Of a DNA stretch of 64,000 bases, positions 26,745 to 35,570 are shown piece after piece. Positions within the stretch are counted from its first letter, which is position 1. The number at the start of each line of letters is the position of its first letter. Under the pieces are notes generated by a model, which saw only the letters and a program-made list of their open reading frames with translations, had not been told where the DNA came from and ran no database searches. Source of the stretch: Clostridia bacterium (GTDB taxonomy: Bacteria > Bacillota > Clostridia > Acetivibrionales > UBA4821); the NCBI GenBank assembly GCA_041687355.1, contig JAWLCD010000011.1:2217-66216 (forward strand). The letters are read 5' to 3'. The position numbers and the translations under genes are program-made.

Positions 26745-26769
26745 AGCGGATAAGTTTGCGGAGAAATCT
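26745..26769. repeat. 25-bp direct repeat, copy 2 (AGCGGATAAGTTTGCGGAGAAATCT)
   Basis: See copy 1. The two copies are 129 bp apart and bracket the tRNA-like fragment. Confidence 0.8.
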
Positions 26770-26779
26770 AATATGGCTG

Positions 26780-27508
26780 CTATATTTCTCCAAGGAGTAC
26801 GACCAGCATTACTCCGGCAAGGAAAGAAAAAATACTGCTGTGGCTTGTCAGTTTAAAGCTTGAGGATGGTATAAGCTCATCGGTACATATATAAATCATC
26901 AGACCTGCGGTAGCTCCGATAATCAGACCAACTACCTGGGTAGGAATATTCTGATACAGAAAATATGCAACAAAAAATCCAACTAGGATGGGAATAGCAG
27001 TGGAGGAAGAAATAATAAACGACTTCAGCCTCTTTTTTGAGCAGTAATAGTATGGTGCTGAAGTACAGATTCCTTCGGGGATGTTGTGTATTGCTATTGC
27101 CAGAGCAATGGCAAGACTTACCTTTATGTCTGAAACTGAACCGATTGCTATAGCCATACCTTCAGGGAGATTGTGCAGAAAAATACCCAGGATAAGGTAT
27201 AGAGAAGTTTTCTTCAGTTCACAGCCTGGGTTCTCGGAACCTAATTCAGGATGTATATGTGGAATAAATTTGTCAACAAGGTGCATGGCAAGTGCGCCTA
27301 AGAATATTCCTGCTATGCATATCAGGGTTGAAGAGAGCTTAATACTCTCAGGAATCAGTTCCAGAAAAGATATGGCCAGCATAACTCCTGCTGCAAAAGA
27401 AAGCATAATGAAAATAAAGTTTTCAGAGGGCCTTTTTACAATCCCAATTAGTGAACCAATAACCGGACCAAGAACTGAAATAGCTAAAATAAATAATATC
27501 GGATCCAT
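26780..27508 (-). CDS. zupT: ZIP-family divalent metal (zinc) transporter, ZupT-like
   Basis: 242 aa and polytopic, with ZIP signature helices (HNLPEGMAIA and HNIPEGI). Confidence 0.85.
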   Translation of the reverse strand: MDPILFILAISVLGPVIGSLIGIVKRPSENFIFIMLSFAAGVMLAISFLELIPESIKLSSTLICIAGIFLGALAMHLVDKFIPHIHPELGSENPGCELKKTSLYLILGIFLHNLPEGMAIAIGSVSDIKVSLAIALAIAIHNIPEGICTSAPYYYCSKKRLKSFIISSSTAIPILVGFFVAYFLYQNIPTQVVGLIIGATAGLMIYICTDELIPSSSFKLTSHSSIFSFLAGVMLVVLLGEI

Positions 27509-27570
27509 TTTATTCCTTCCATTCCTTCTGCTGTTAGTGTACTCTATATATCTTCAATTTTAAATATAGA

Positions 27571-27586
27571 TTATGGTTAATCATAA
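27571..27586. promoter_or_regulatory. Near-palindromic AT-rich box downstream of the zupT promoter (candidate Zur/Fur-family operator)
   Basis: TTATGGTTAATCATAA lies between the predicted -10 element and the zupT start. It resembles metalloregulator boxes only loosely. Confidence 0.3.
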
Positions 27587-27605
27587 GTACGGGAACCGTA
27601 AATAA

Positions 27606-27634
27606 ATCATAAATATTAATTATAGTTTTGTCAA
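27606..27634 (-). promoter_or_regulatory. Sigma-A promoter of zupT
   Basis: On the minus strand: TTGACA (27634-27629), 17-nt spacer, TATGAT (27611-27606). The -35 element sits inside the inverted repeat TATAGTT-N5-AACTATA (27621-27639). Confidence 0.6.
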
Positions 27635-27786
27635 CTATAGTTAATTTGCAAAAAATGTGCCAGTTTGTTTTTCTATATACTTTTTACTGCGTATTGCACA
27701 ACATAATTTGTTAATGTTAAAATTGCATGTAGGAAGCCTAGGCGTCAAAAAATAATTGTGAATAGAAATATAGGGAGGTATTTTAC

Positions 27787-28665
27787 ATGAATACAGTGAA
27801 GAAAAAGCTTGTTTCATGGCTTTTTGAGACAAATGCTTTGAGAGTATGTCCTGAGGACAAGCCGTTCTGGTATACATCCGGTACAATTGGACCTTATTAC
27901 ATAAATACAGAATTTCTGTATGGGGGGCAGGCTAAAGCAGGTGAACTTCTTGATGTTATTGATAAGGAGAAGAGTAACAGGCTTGCATGTCCTCTGACAA
28001 TTGCCAGCATGCTCAGGAAGAACTATGCTGAGAATGAAGTATACAGAGAACTGATTGATTATATGACCGGCTTTGTAAAGGAAAACATTAGTGTTGACGA
28101 AATTGATTTGATTTCGGGTGGAGAGAGGCGTGACTGGTTCTTCTCATTGATAGTTGCAGAGAAACTTGGAAAACCCCATATAACCATTTACAAGGACCTG
28201 GCTGCAGTCATGTCACAGGGTGAACTGACTCGTATAATGAGTGGGCGGGAAATTGAAGGCAAGAGAGTACTCCATATTGCAGACCTGATAACCGAAGGCT
28301 CAAGCTATGAGAGGGCGTGGATTCCTGCGGTTCACAACAGAGGGGGAGAAATCAAGTGGAGTGTAGTTGTGGTTGACAGAAAGCAAGGTGGGGGGGAAAT
28401 GCTCCTCGCTAACCGTATTAAAGCATTTTCGATGATAGAGGTAGATAAGTATCTGTTCGAAGAAGCCTTGAAGATGAACCTAATAAATGAAGGGCAATTT
28501 GCAATGATAATGGATTATATTGATAACCCAAAGGAAACCATGAGAAAATTTTTGCTGGAGCACCCTGAATTCCTTGATGATGCATTAAAATCAGACCAGA
28601 AGACAAAGGAAAGGGCAGAGCTCTGTTTGGAAAAGAACTTATATGACCTTGATCCGGCAAGATAG
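27787..28665 (+). CDS. Phosphoribosyltransferase-fold protein (orotate-PRTase-like) with a C-terminal extension
   Basis: 292 aa with the PRPP-binding acidic loop VLHIADLITEGSS. The N-terminal part resembles PyrE, but the protein is ~80 aa longer than a typical PyrE. Confidence 0.65.
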   Translation: MNTVKKKLVSWLFETNALRVCPEDKPFWYTSGTIGPYYINTEFLYGGQAKAGELLDVIDKEKSNRLACPLTIASMLRKNYAENEVYRELIDYMTGFVKENISVDEIDLISGGERRDWFFSLIVAEKLGKPHITIYKDLAAVMSQGELTRIMSGREIEGKRVLHIADLITEGSSYERAWIPAVHNRGGEIKWSVVVVDRKQGGGEMLLANRIKAFSMIEVDKYLFEEALKMNLINEGQFAMIMDYIDNPKETMRKFLLEHPEFLDDALKSDQKTKERAELCLEKNLYDLDPAR

Positions 28666-28758
28666 TCATCCCATGAATTTTAAAAGCAAGAGTTTTTTCT
28701 AAAAAAGTTATCCTGTTTTGCGCCCCTGATGAATACATTATATCAGGAGGTGTTGGAC

Positions 28759-29697
28759 ATGATATCTAAGAAGTACAGCATAATGGACCATTTCTTCTAT
28801 CCTACCGTGATTCTTGTGACGGTTCTTATGCTAATAGTTTTCGCCAGCGCGCGGGGGATGTCTTCAAGGGAATACCTGATGGGTGGAGAAACTACAGGGC
28901 ATAGTATTGATCATCAGATAGGTGATAACAATACACAAGCCTCATCAGCAAACACGAGTGATTTAGCAAAGATATTAAGGCCGTCAAATCAGCCAATAAT
29001 TGCCCCCAGGTTTGATTTTAAATCAGGAGGTACAGGCCTGCCCAAGACCTTTAATAATCCCCGTGATTTGATTGAAGCATACTTCAGCATATTATCAAAG
29101 GCCGAAAACATGGAAGGATGCTGCTCAGGGTGCGGAGCAACAGGATGGGCGCAGGAACCATACCCTATTGCTTATGAAATGCTTTCTCAGGAAATGAAGA
29201 AAACAATGTCTTTTCAGAAGTTTCTAGACTCATTTAGAGGTATTGGACATATGAACCTACTTAAGCTTCATGAAATGAATCAAGCCATAGTAAGTGGGAA
29301 GTCCTATCAGAGATTCTTTGTGGAATTTGAATCCATAGAAAAATCACAGAACAGAAATCTAACCCTGTTTGGTTATTACACTGGTGAACTTATATTACAA
29401 AATGAGGGAGAAAAAGGATGGAAAATCAGACAAATTGGTGTAAGAGGTGAAGATTTTTTATGCAAAGCCTATCATGGGAAATACCCCGATGCGCAAACTG
29501 TGGCCGAGGTAAGCTACCAGATAAGCAGCATATTTAACATAAAACAGGAAGGCAGTATTATTGAATTGCTTGGTCAATCAAAAAGCGGAAGGATTTATAA
29601 ATTGATTTTTACCAGGCTTACCAACGGTTCAGATTATTTAATCAGGTCTTTTGTCCAGAATGATAAAGGAAAATGGGAAGAATCATATATGAACTAG
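28759..29697 (+). CDS. Membrane-anchored hypothetical protein
   Basis: 312 aa from the ATG preceded by GGAGGTG. There is one N-terminal TM segment, and no motif is recognised in the rest. Confidence 0.55.
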   Translation: MISKKYSIMDHFFYPTVILVTVLMLIVFASARGMSSREYLMGGETTGHSIDHQIGDNNTQASSANTSDLAKILRPSNQPIIAPRFDFKSGGTGLPKTFNNPRDLIEAYFSILSKAENMEGCCSGCGATGWAQEPYPIAYEMLSQEMKKTMSFQKFLDSFRGIGHMNLLKLHEMNQAIVSGKSYQRFFVEFESIEKSQNRNLTLFGYYTGELILQNEGEKGWKIRQIGVRGEDFLCKAYHGKYPDAQTVAEVSYQISSIFNIKQEGSIIELLGQSKSGRIYKLIFTRLTNGSDYLIRSFVQNDKGKWEESYMN

Positions 29698-29752
29698 GTA
29701 AGGAAGGCAAGTATAGAGTCGGGGTATAGGAACATTGTTCAAGCAAAATCGC

Positions 29753-30385
29753 TCAGCTCCCAAGGTCTTCAAGTACCTGTGCCAATTCCTTTTTAGATTC
29801 TACTTTAATTCCTGATTTGAGTCTGTTACGGTCTTGGGAGCGCAGACTTTTTACCGATATTGGAGTAACTTCCTTCAATGAGACACCGTCTACAGGGGTC
29901 TGATAGTAGATTGCTACCAAGCCGTCCTTGTCTATCAGAACGAAGTGGTCAGGACACTTGGAATGGACTTCCTGATAAATTACAACCTGATTGGGAGAAA
30001 ATTCCTTTAATGTCCAGTCTTTGTATGCCTTCTGCAGTTGATATTCTGTCAGGTTAACCATGTCTTCAGGTACTGATGTATGTTTTTTAATTACATGTCC
30101 GCATACGGTATATCTTTTTTCTGTAATTATTACAGCATCAGGACCTATTATTTTATCTTCAGCTCTTCCACCTTCCACCTTGGTGTCTGACTGAGGTTCA
30201 GGAGCATTGTCCGTATCCGGCCCAGTCTGAGAACGTGAGTCTGTTACGTTCTTGGTTTGGGGTGTGCCGGAGTCAGATTTAGATTGGTTTTCCCTCCAGT
30301 ATAGATCAAGAGAGAAGTAAACCACCATTGCAAGTAGTATAATGAGAAGACTCAACATCTTGTGAGGAGGGTGCCTCCGAATCAT
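29753..30385 (-). CDS. Membrane-anchored protein with a BofC C-terminal-like domain (sporulation checkpoint family)
   Basis: An N-terminal TM segment is followed by a low-complexity linker. The C-terminal sequence KDWTLKEFSPNQVVIYQEV...CPDHFVLIDKDGLVAIYY resembles BofC_C. Confidence 0.55.
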   Translation of the reverse strand: MIRRHPPHKMLSLLIILLAMVVYFSLDLYWRENQSKSDSGTPQTKNVTDSRSQTGPDTDNAPEPQSDTKVEGGRAEDKIIGPDAVIITEKRYTVCGHVIKKHTSVPEDMVNLTEYQLQKAYKDWTLKEFSPNQVVIYQEVHSKCPDHFVLIDKDGLVAIYYQTPVDGVSLKEVTPISVKSLRSQDRNRLKSGIKVESKKELAQVLEDLGS

Positions 30386-30482
30386 ATAACCATCCCATTC
30401 CCTGAAAAAAGTTATTTGGCTGTATTTTTTCCCTCAAATGGGCCACTTATACATATGGTTCGTAATTAATCGGGAACGCCTG

Positions 30483-32837
30483 CTATCTGCTAATTGCCGG
30501 TATAACCTTGAATCTGTTCTTATATACCTTAATATTAATGCCTCCATCAAGGTCGGTCCTATATAAACGGGAACCGGATAATTCTATTCGGTTGATTGTC
30601 TCGGGAGATGGATGCCCAAAATTATTCTTTCCTGTACTTACTATGCATACAGATGGAGAGATGGCTTTCAGAAAGTCTAGGGATGTAGAGTTCTTGGAAC
30701 CATGATGGGCAACCTTAAGTATATCCGAGTCCAGATGGGATATTGAACCCAGGATATGTCTCTCGGCGTTAGTCTCAATATCTCCGGTAAAAAGGATACT
30801 TGTATTCCTGTATACCAACCTTATAACAGTTGAGTTATTATTGAGAATTGAGTCTCTGCCAAATAGATTTTCATCTCCAGGGTGAAGCACTTGGAATTCA
30901 GTGCCATCAATGCTTAAACGGTCTCCTTTCGATACAATATATATTTTGGTTTTCCTTTGGCTGCACAGTTTTATAAGGCTATCAAGGTCTGCATTTGGCT
31001 GAAACTGTGGGCCCATGACAAGCTGTTTAACCCTGAGGGTTTTAACTACACTGATTAGCCCCTGTATGTGGTCACCATGGGGGTGGGAAAGCATAGCAAG
31101 GTCAACCGAGGATGATCCATTATCTAGAAGAAAGGGAATGATAGTGCTGCCAGGGTCAAAATTACCCATGCTTCCTGGATATGTACCTCCTCCGTCAATG
31201 AGGCAGGTCTTACCTGAAGGGGTCTTTATTATTGTACAATCACCCTGGCCTATATCTAAAAATGTAATTTCAAGCGGGCGGGGCAGGGAGTAAGAAATCA
31301 ACAGGAATATTACTGCTGCAGCCGCAGCTATGTATGATATTTTAGGAAAATGAGGCCCCGGTTTTTTGAAAGGGATGTATTTCAGCAGTGCATAGAGTAC
31401 AGTATAATAAAACAGAATAAACAATAGGCTGGGAGTGATAACCTGAATAGAGGCAAAGGGAAGGCTTGAAGATACTTCAGATACCCAGAGCATGAATGAT
31501 AGGAAAAAGTAATTCAACCCTCCCAGCAGCTGTGAAATGAAAATTGATACCTGTCCGGCAATGCTCATAACAAAACCGATTATGGTTACAATTCCGGTAA
31601 CAGGAACTACTACAATATTTGAGATGATAGCAATCAGCGAAATCTTGTTGAAGTAGAGAGCAACTATAGGGTTGACCGTAAGCTGTGCCGCCAAAGATAC
31701 CGACATAACATCATTAATAACACGAGGCAGAAAGCTGAAGAAATTAGCCAGCCTTTTATAAAAGAGTACTATACCGGTTGTTCCGGCGAAAGATAGCTGA
31801 AATCCGATATCGTAAATGCAAAGAGGGTTGAATAAGAGAATAGCCAGACATGCAGCTGATATGCTGTTAAGTGCATCACTCTTTCGCTGGAATATTCCTG
31901 CTGACAGGAGCATCATACCCATTATTCCAGCCCGGACAACAGGGGGGGACGAACCGGTTATAAGTACAAATAAAACAAGAACTGCCATAGTAATAAGATT
32001 TGAGAGCGGTTGGCCTACTCGTAATATTCCCAGCAGGAATATACAGGCTCCAGCTATGTAAGCCACGTTTGCACCTGATACACAGAGTATATGAGTCAGC
32101 CCGCTGTCGTTAAAGTTTTGTTTGACCTCTTCGGACAAGCCGCTTCGCTCTCCGATAACCAAACCCTTGAGCAGTCCTGCATGTTCAGCGGGGAGGGATA
32201 AGTCAACCATACTTATGATTCTGTCTCGAAGATACAGGCTGAACCTGATAAGAGGATTTATATCTCCCTGACCCGGGCTCATAATGTCCGAGGGAAAGGT
32301 TATTATTGACGAATAAATATTCTGGGAAGACAGGAAGCGCCTGTAGTCAAATGCACCGGCATTCCTGGCCCGGGAAGGCATCATGCTCTTTCCCGCTCCC
32401 TTTATAATATCACCATACCTGTATAATTTTTTCGAGTGCTCAGGACCATACACTGATAAAAGTGCTCTGGAATTTATATTCACAGCCTTTTTATTGTTAG
32501 AAATCCTTTTTACATCAACCACGTAACTGGTCTTATTTTCCCTGACATCCGGCGGAGATACAACTCTGGCCTCAAAATAGACCCTCTGATTTGAAAAGGG
32601 TTCAAAACGGGTTGATGGCAGGGCTGACTTGTAATATGAATAGACAGCCCCAAAGGAGAATACGACAATTGCCAGGGCAGATAGAAGATAGAGGTTTTGT
32701 CTTTTCAGGGCAAAAAGTACAAAGCAGACTGGAACAAGCAGCATTAGAATACTGATAGATACCCAGCTGAAAAACTGTCCATACATTATTCCAAGAGAAT
32801 ATATGCATGTTAAAGCGATAAGGGGTCTTTTCTTCAT
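30483..32837 (-). CDS. comEC: DNA internalisation competence protein ComEC/Rec2
   Basis: 784 aa with a polytopic competence domain and a C-terminal metallo-beta-lactamase domain (FLDIGQGDC, SHPHGDH, KVAHHGS). Confidence 0.93.
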   Translation of the reverse strand: MKKRPLIALTCIYSLGIMYGQFFSWVSISILMLLVPVCFVLFALKRQNLYLLSALAIVVFSFGAVYSYYKSALPSTRFEPFSNQRVYFEARVVSPPDVRENKTSYVVDVKRISNNKKAVNINSRALLSVYGPEHSKKLYRYGDIIKGAGKSMMPSRARNAGAFDYRRFLSSQNIYSSIITFPSDIMSPGQGDINPLIRFSLYLRDRIISMVDLSLPAEHAGLLKGLVIGERSGLSEEVKQNFNDSGLTHILCVSGANVAYIAGACIFLLGILRVGQPLSNLITMAVLVLFVLITGSSPPVVRAGIMGMMLLSAGIFQRKSDALNSISAACLAILLFNPLCIYDIGFQLSFAGTTGIVLFYKRLANFFSFLPRVINDVMSVSLAAQLTVNPIVALYFNKISLIAIISNIVVVPVTGIVTIIGFVMSIAGQVSIFISQLLGGLNYFFLSFMLWVSEVSSSLPFASIQVITPSLLFILFYYTVLYALLKYIPFKKPGPHFPKISYIAAAAAVIFLLISYSLPRPLEITFLDIGQGDCTIIKTPSGKTCLIDGGGTYPGSMGNFDPGSTIIPFLLDNGSSSVDLAMLSHPHGDHIQGLISVVKTLRVKQLVMGPQFQPNADLDSLIKLCSQRKTKIYIVSKGDRLSIDGTEFQVLHPGDENLFGRDSILNNNSTVIRLVYRNTSILFTGDIETNAERHILGSISHLDSDILKVAHHGSKNSTSLDFLKAISPSVCIVSTGKNNFGHPSPETINRIELSGSRLYRTDLDGGINIKVYKNRFKVIPAISR

Positions 32838-32910
32838 ATTTCCTCACTTAATAAAAAATAGAGACATCAGAATCCCGATATCTCTATCTCTAGTATTCAA
32901 ATATAATTAT

Positions 32911-34368
32911 TTACTTAACAAAGGTTCTTCCTGTAACATATGCGTTATTATAGAATCCCTCACTTAAGGAACTTATTTTTACTACCCTTCCATTACTGGA
33001 TGATGATGCATGAATAAATTTACCGTTTCCTATGTAAATTCCTACGTGATTAACCTTCTTAGTCTTGCCTCCATTGGTATCAAAACATACCAGGTCACCT
33101 GGCTGAAGCTTGGCCTTCGGAACATATTTTCCTTGCTTGGCCTGAGCGGTTGACACTCTCTCCAGGTTAATACCGAACTTCTTAAAGACGTAACTGGTAA
33201 ACCCTGAGCAGTCAAATCCACTTGGAGAACTTCCGCCATACCTGTATCGAACTCCTAGAAAATTTCGGGAGTATAGAACCATTCTGTTTCTCAGAGTGAC
33301 GGCCGTGGCAGCAGCACTGGATGCCTCACTATTAATGCTGGGTATTTTTCCGGCGTATGTTGAAGAGACATTGACATAACTGCCGTAAACCCAGCCGGTA
33401 GTTCCGCCTGAGGATATTTTATACCACTTCCCCGACTGTCCAAGAATATGTACATCCTTGTTTGTAAGACTGGTAATAATATTGGCATTGGTTGTAGGCT
33501 TAGACCGTATATTCACATCCGTACCGTCAATTTTGGCAGGTATCTTTTCTGAGGTAGTATTTTCACTGGAAGCTGATTTCACAGCTGAAGCAGAATTGGA
33601 TGCAACCTTGACAAAGCTGCCGTAAACCCAGCCGGTAATTTTACCAGAAGATATTTTATACCACTCACCCGACTGTCCGACAATATCGACATCCTTATTG
33701 GAGAGAGTGGAAACGATTGCAGCACTAGTTGTAGGTTTTGACCTTATATTTACGTCTGTACCATCAATTTTTCCGGGTTTCTTTGATGAAGAATTTTCAG
33801 CTGTTTTCTCAGTACTGGATGCCGACAGGGTCCGGCTTGAAAGTGCAGGAGTTGATAATGAAACAAAATCATTTTTTACCCAACCTATGGTCTTGTCAAA
33901 GGACACTCTATACCAGTCTCCTGAAGAACTGACTACCTTTACCTGCTTATCGGATACACTGGTAAGTATCTGAGATGTAAGCGTAGGCTTGGTCCTTATA
34001 TTGACATTAGTTCCTTTTATTACAGCGTCCTGTGTCTTGACAATTGTTGATTTGGAACTATCATCTGAGGAATTTTCTGACTGGGGCAGCTGTTTGATAT
34101 CTGTTACATAATCAAACCTCACCCATCCTTTAACGTCTCCGGAACTTATATTATACCAGTCTCCTGAATTCCGCAGGATACTAACCTTTTTATTTGAAAT
34201 TGAACCCAGTACATCTGAGGAAGTTGTAGGTTTTGACCTGACATTTACATTTGTTCCCTTGATATACCCTGTATAATTTGCAGATACTTCTAATACATTG
34301 ACAGATAGGACGAAGACAATTACAAGAACTGTAACAAAGCTTAGAATACCTTTTCTAAAAGTAAACAT
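32911..34368 (-). CDS. Secreted cell-wall hydrolase: four SH3b repeats plus a C-terminal NlpC/P60 (C40) peptidase domain
   Basis: Signal/TM N-terminus. The pattern G(T)NVNIR.KPT...WY.(I/V)S...GWV occurs four times, and repeats 3 and 4 are nearly identical (IDGTDVNIRSKPTT...). The catalytic region reads GFDCSGFTSYVFKKFG ... NHVGIYIGNGKFIHAS. Confidence 0.9.
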   Translation of the reverse strand: MFTFRKGILSFVTVLVIVFVLSVNVLEVSANYTGYIKGTNVNVRSKPTTSSDVLGSISNKKVSILRNSGDWYNISSGDVKGWVRFDYVTDIKQLPQSENSSDDSSKSTIVKTQDAVIKGTNVNIRTKPTLTSQILTSVSDKQVKVVSSSGDWYRVSFDKTIGWVKNDFVSLSTPALSSRTLSASSTEKTAENSSSKKPGKIDGTDVNIRSKPTTSAAIVSTLSNKDVDIVGQSGEWYKISSGKITGWVYGSFVKVASNSASAVKSASSENTTSEKIPAKIDGTDVNIRSKPTTNANIITSLTNKDVHILGQSGKWYKISSGGTTGWVYGSYVNVSSTYAGKIPSINSEASSAAATAVTLRNRMVLYSRNFLGVRYRYGGSSPSGFDCSGFTSYVFKKFGINLERVSTAQAKQGKYVPKAKLQPGDLVCFDTNGGKTKKVNHVGIYIGNGKFIHASSSSNGRVVKISSLSEGFYNNAYVTGRTFVK

Positions 34369-34386
34369 TCTTACCTCCTGTTTTCG

Positions 34387-34495
34387 TAGCCTCCGGAGTT
34401 AGCTGACGGGTTCGGGAAAGGCGGTACATACCCTACCGTATCAAACGGATTCACCCCAATATGGTTCCCCCGTACCCTTAATAGGGACTAGGCTA
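34387..34495 (-). promoter_or_regulatory. cyclic-di-AMP riboswitch (ydaO/yuaA class) in the 5' leader of the SH3b-NlpC/P60 gene
   Basis: The minus strand reads TAGCCT...AAGGGTACGGGGGAACCA...GGGGTGAATCC...ACGGTAGGG...CCGCC...CCCGAACCCGTCAGCTAACTCCGGAGGCTA. This carries the conserved ACGGGG, GGGGUGAAUC and CCCGAA-CCGUCAGCUAAC blocks, with a P1 pairing TAGCCT/AGGCTA. It ends ~10 nt before the RBS. Confidence 0.8.
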
Positions 34496-34597
34496 TATAG
34501 ACACAACAAATTATGCTCTCTAGCCTGAAAGCATAATTCTGTTTAATTTACTGTTTCATATAACACTACAGGTATATTTCAAAATGATTACATTTTT

Positions 34598-34626
34598 ATT
34601 CTAGTACTCAGTAATCTGCTTGTCAA
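34598..34626 (-). promoter_or_regulatory. Sigma-A promoter of the riboswitch-controlled hydrolase gene
   Basis: On the minus strand: TTGACA (34626-34621), 17-nt spacer, TAGAAT (34603-34598). Confidence 0.6.
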
Positions 34627-34927
34627 TATTCCGGATATGTTGAAAAAACATTAAATATGAAGTTATTACTCGAAAAACTCCTTATTCTGGTTATAAGCAT
34701 ATATTTAGTCTTAATTTCATTATATTTTCTGAAGAAGCAAACGTCACAGAAAATTAAATCAATTAAAGAGGTTTACATATCCGACAAATATGATAAAATA
34801 TATTGGATTACCTATATGTGTAAATAATGGAGGTGTGTGCCTGGGAAAATAATTTTTTCGGCAGGTTTTAATGAGTGTTTTCATAAGAAGCCTAATCTTG
34901 ATAATTAAGACGGGAGGAGAAAGTAAT

Positions 34928-35287
34928 ATGAAAGTAACTGTAAATGAAAAGCCGTTTGAAATGAAAATTGCTGATTTTAATAGTGAAAAAAAGATGATTG
35001 ACCAGTTTACTCAAGACAGCATGAAGCATGTAGGAATCTGCGCGTTACTTCGGTTTGGTGCAGGATTCCTAGGTGCGCAGGTGCTTCTGAATCAATTTCA
35101 GAGTGCATTTAGTGTTTGGCCAGTGCCTATGCTCTACGGGATGGAAATACAATTCACCATTTTTGCCTTGATACTTGGACTTTTGGTCGCTCTAGGTCCT
35201 ATCATGGTAACCGGGATTGGTGTCTATAACAAGTACCAGGAAGTAGGCGTTGGAGCAGCGGTGCTGAAGAGATTATTAAAGTGGTAG
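34928..35287 (+). CDS. Hypothetical membrane protein
   Basis: 119 aa from the ATG preceded by GGGAGGAG, with 2-3 hydrophobic segments. The track ORF starts at 34871. Confidence 0.5.
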   Translation: MKVTVNEKPFEMKIADFNSEKKMIDQFTQDSMKHVGICALLRFGAGFLGAQVLLNQFQSAFSVWPVPMLYGMEIQFTIFALILGLLVALGPIMVTGIGVYNKYQEVGVGAAVLKRLLKW

Positions 35288-35570
35288 AATATTTTTACGG
35301 CGCAGTCAACTATATGGCTGTGCCATATTTTTTTGTATATATGCCTAATTCGCAGGTATAGAATCCAGTAACTTCACCTTCTGTTACAGGGGAAATGAAT
35401 TAACAAGCATCTAGTTTATCTTAGATTTTGCAGCCCTTATGAGCGGTTAATTTATTTTCACTGTAATACTACAAACTACTAGTCAACTCAAACTATAGTA
35501 TTTACTTATCGAAGTATGAGTAATAATATATTGAACTAGAGAGAATAAACCAACTTCAGGGTGTAGAAGA

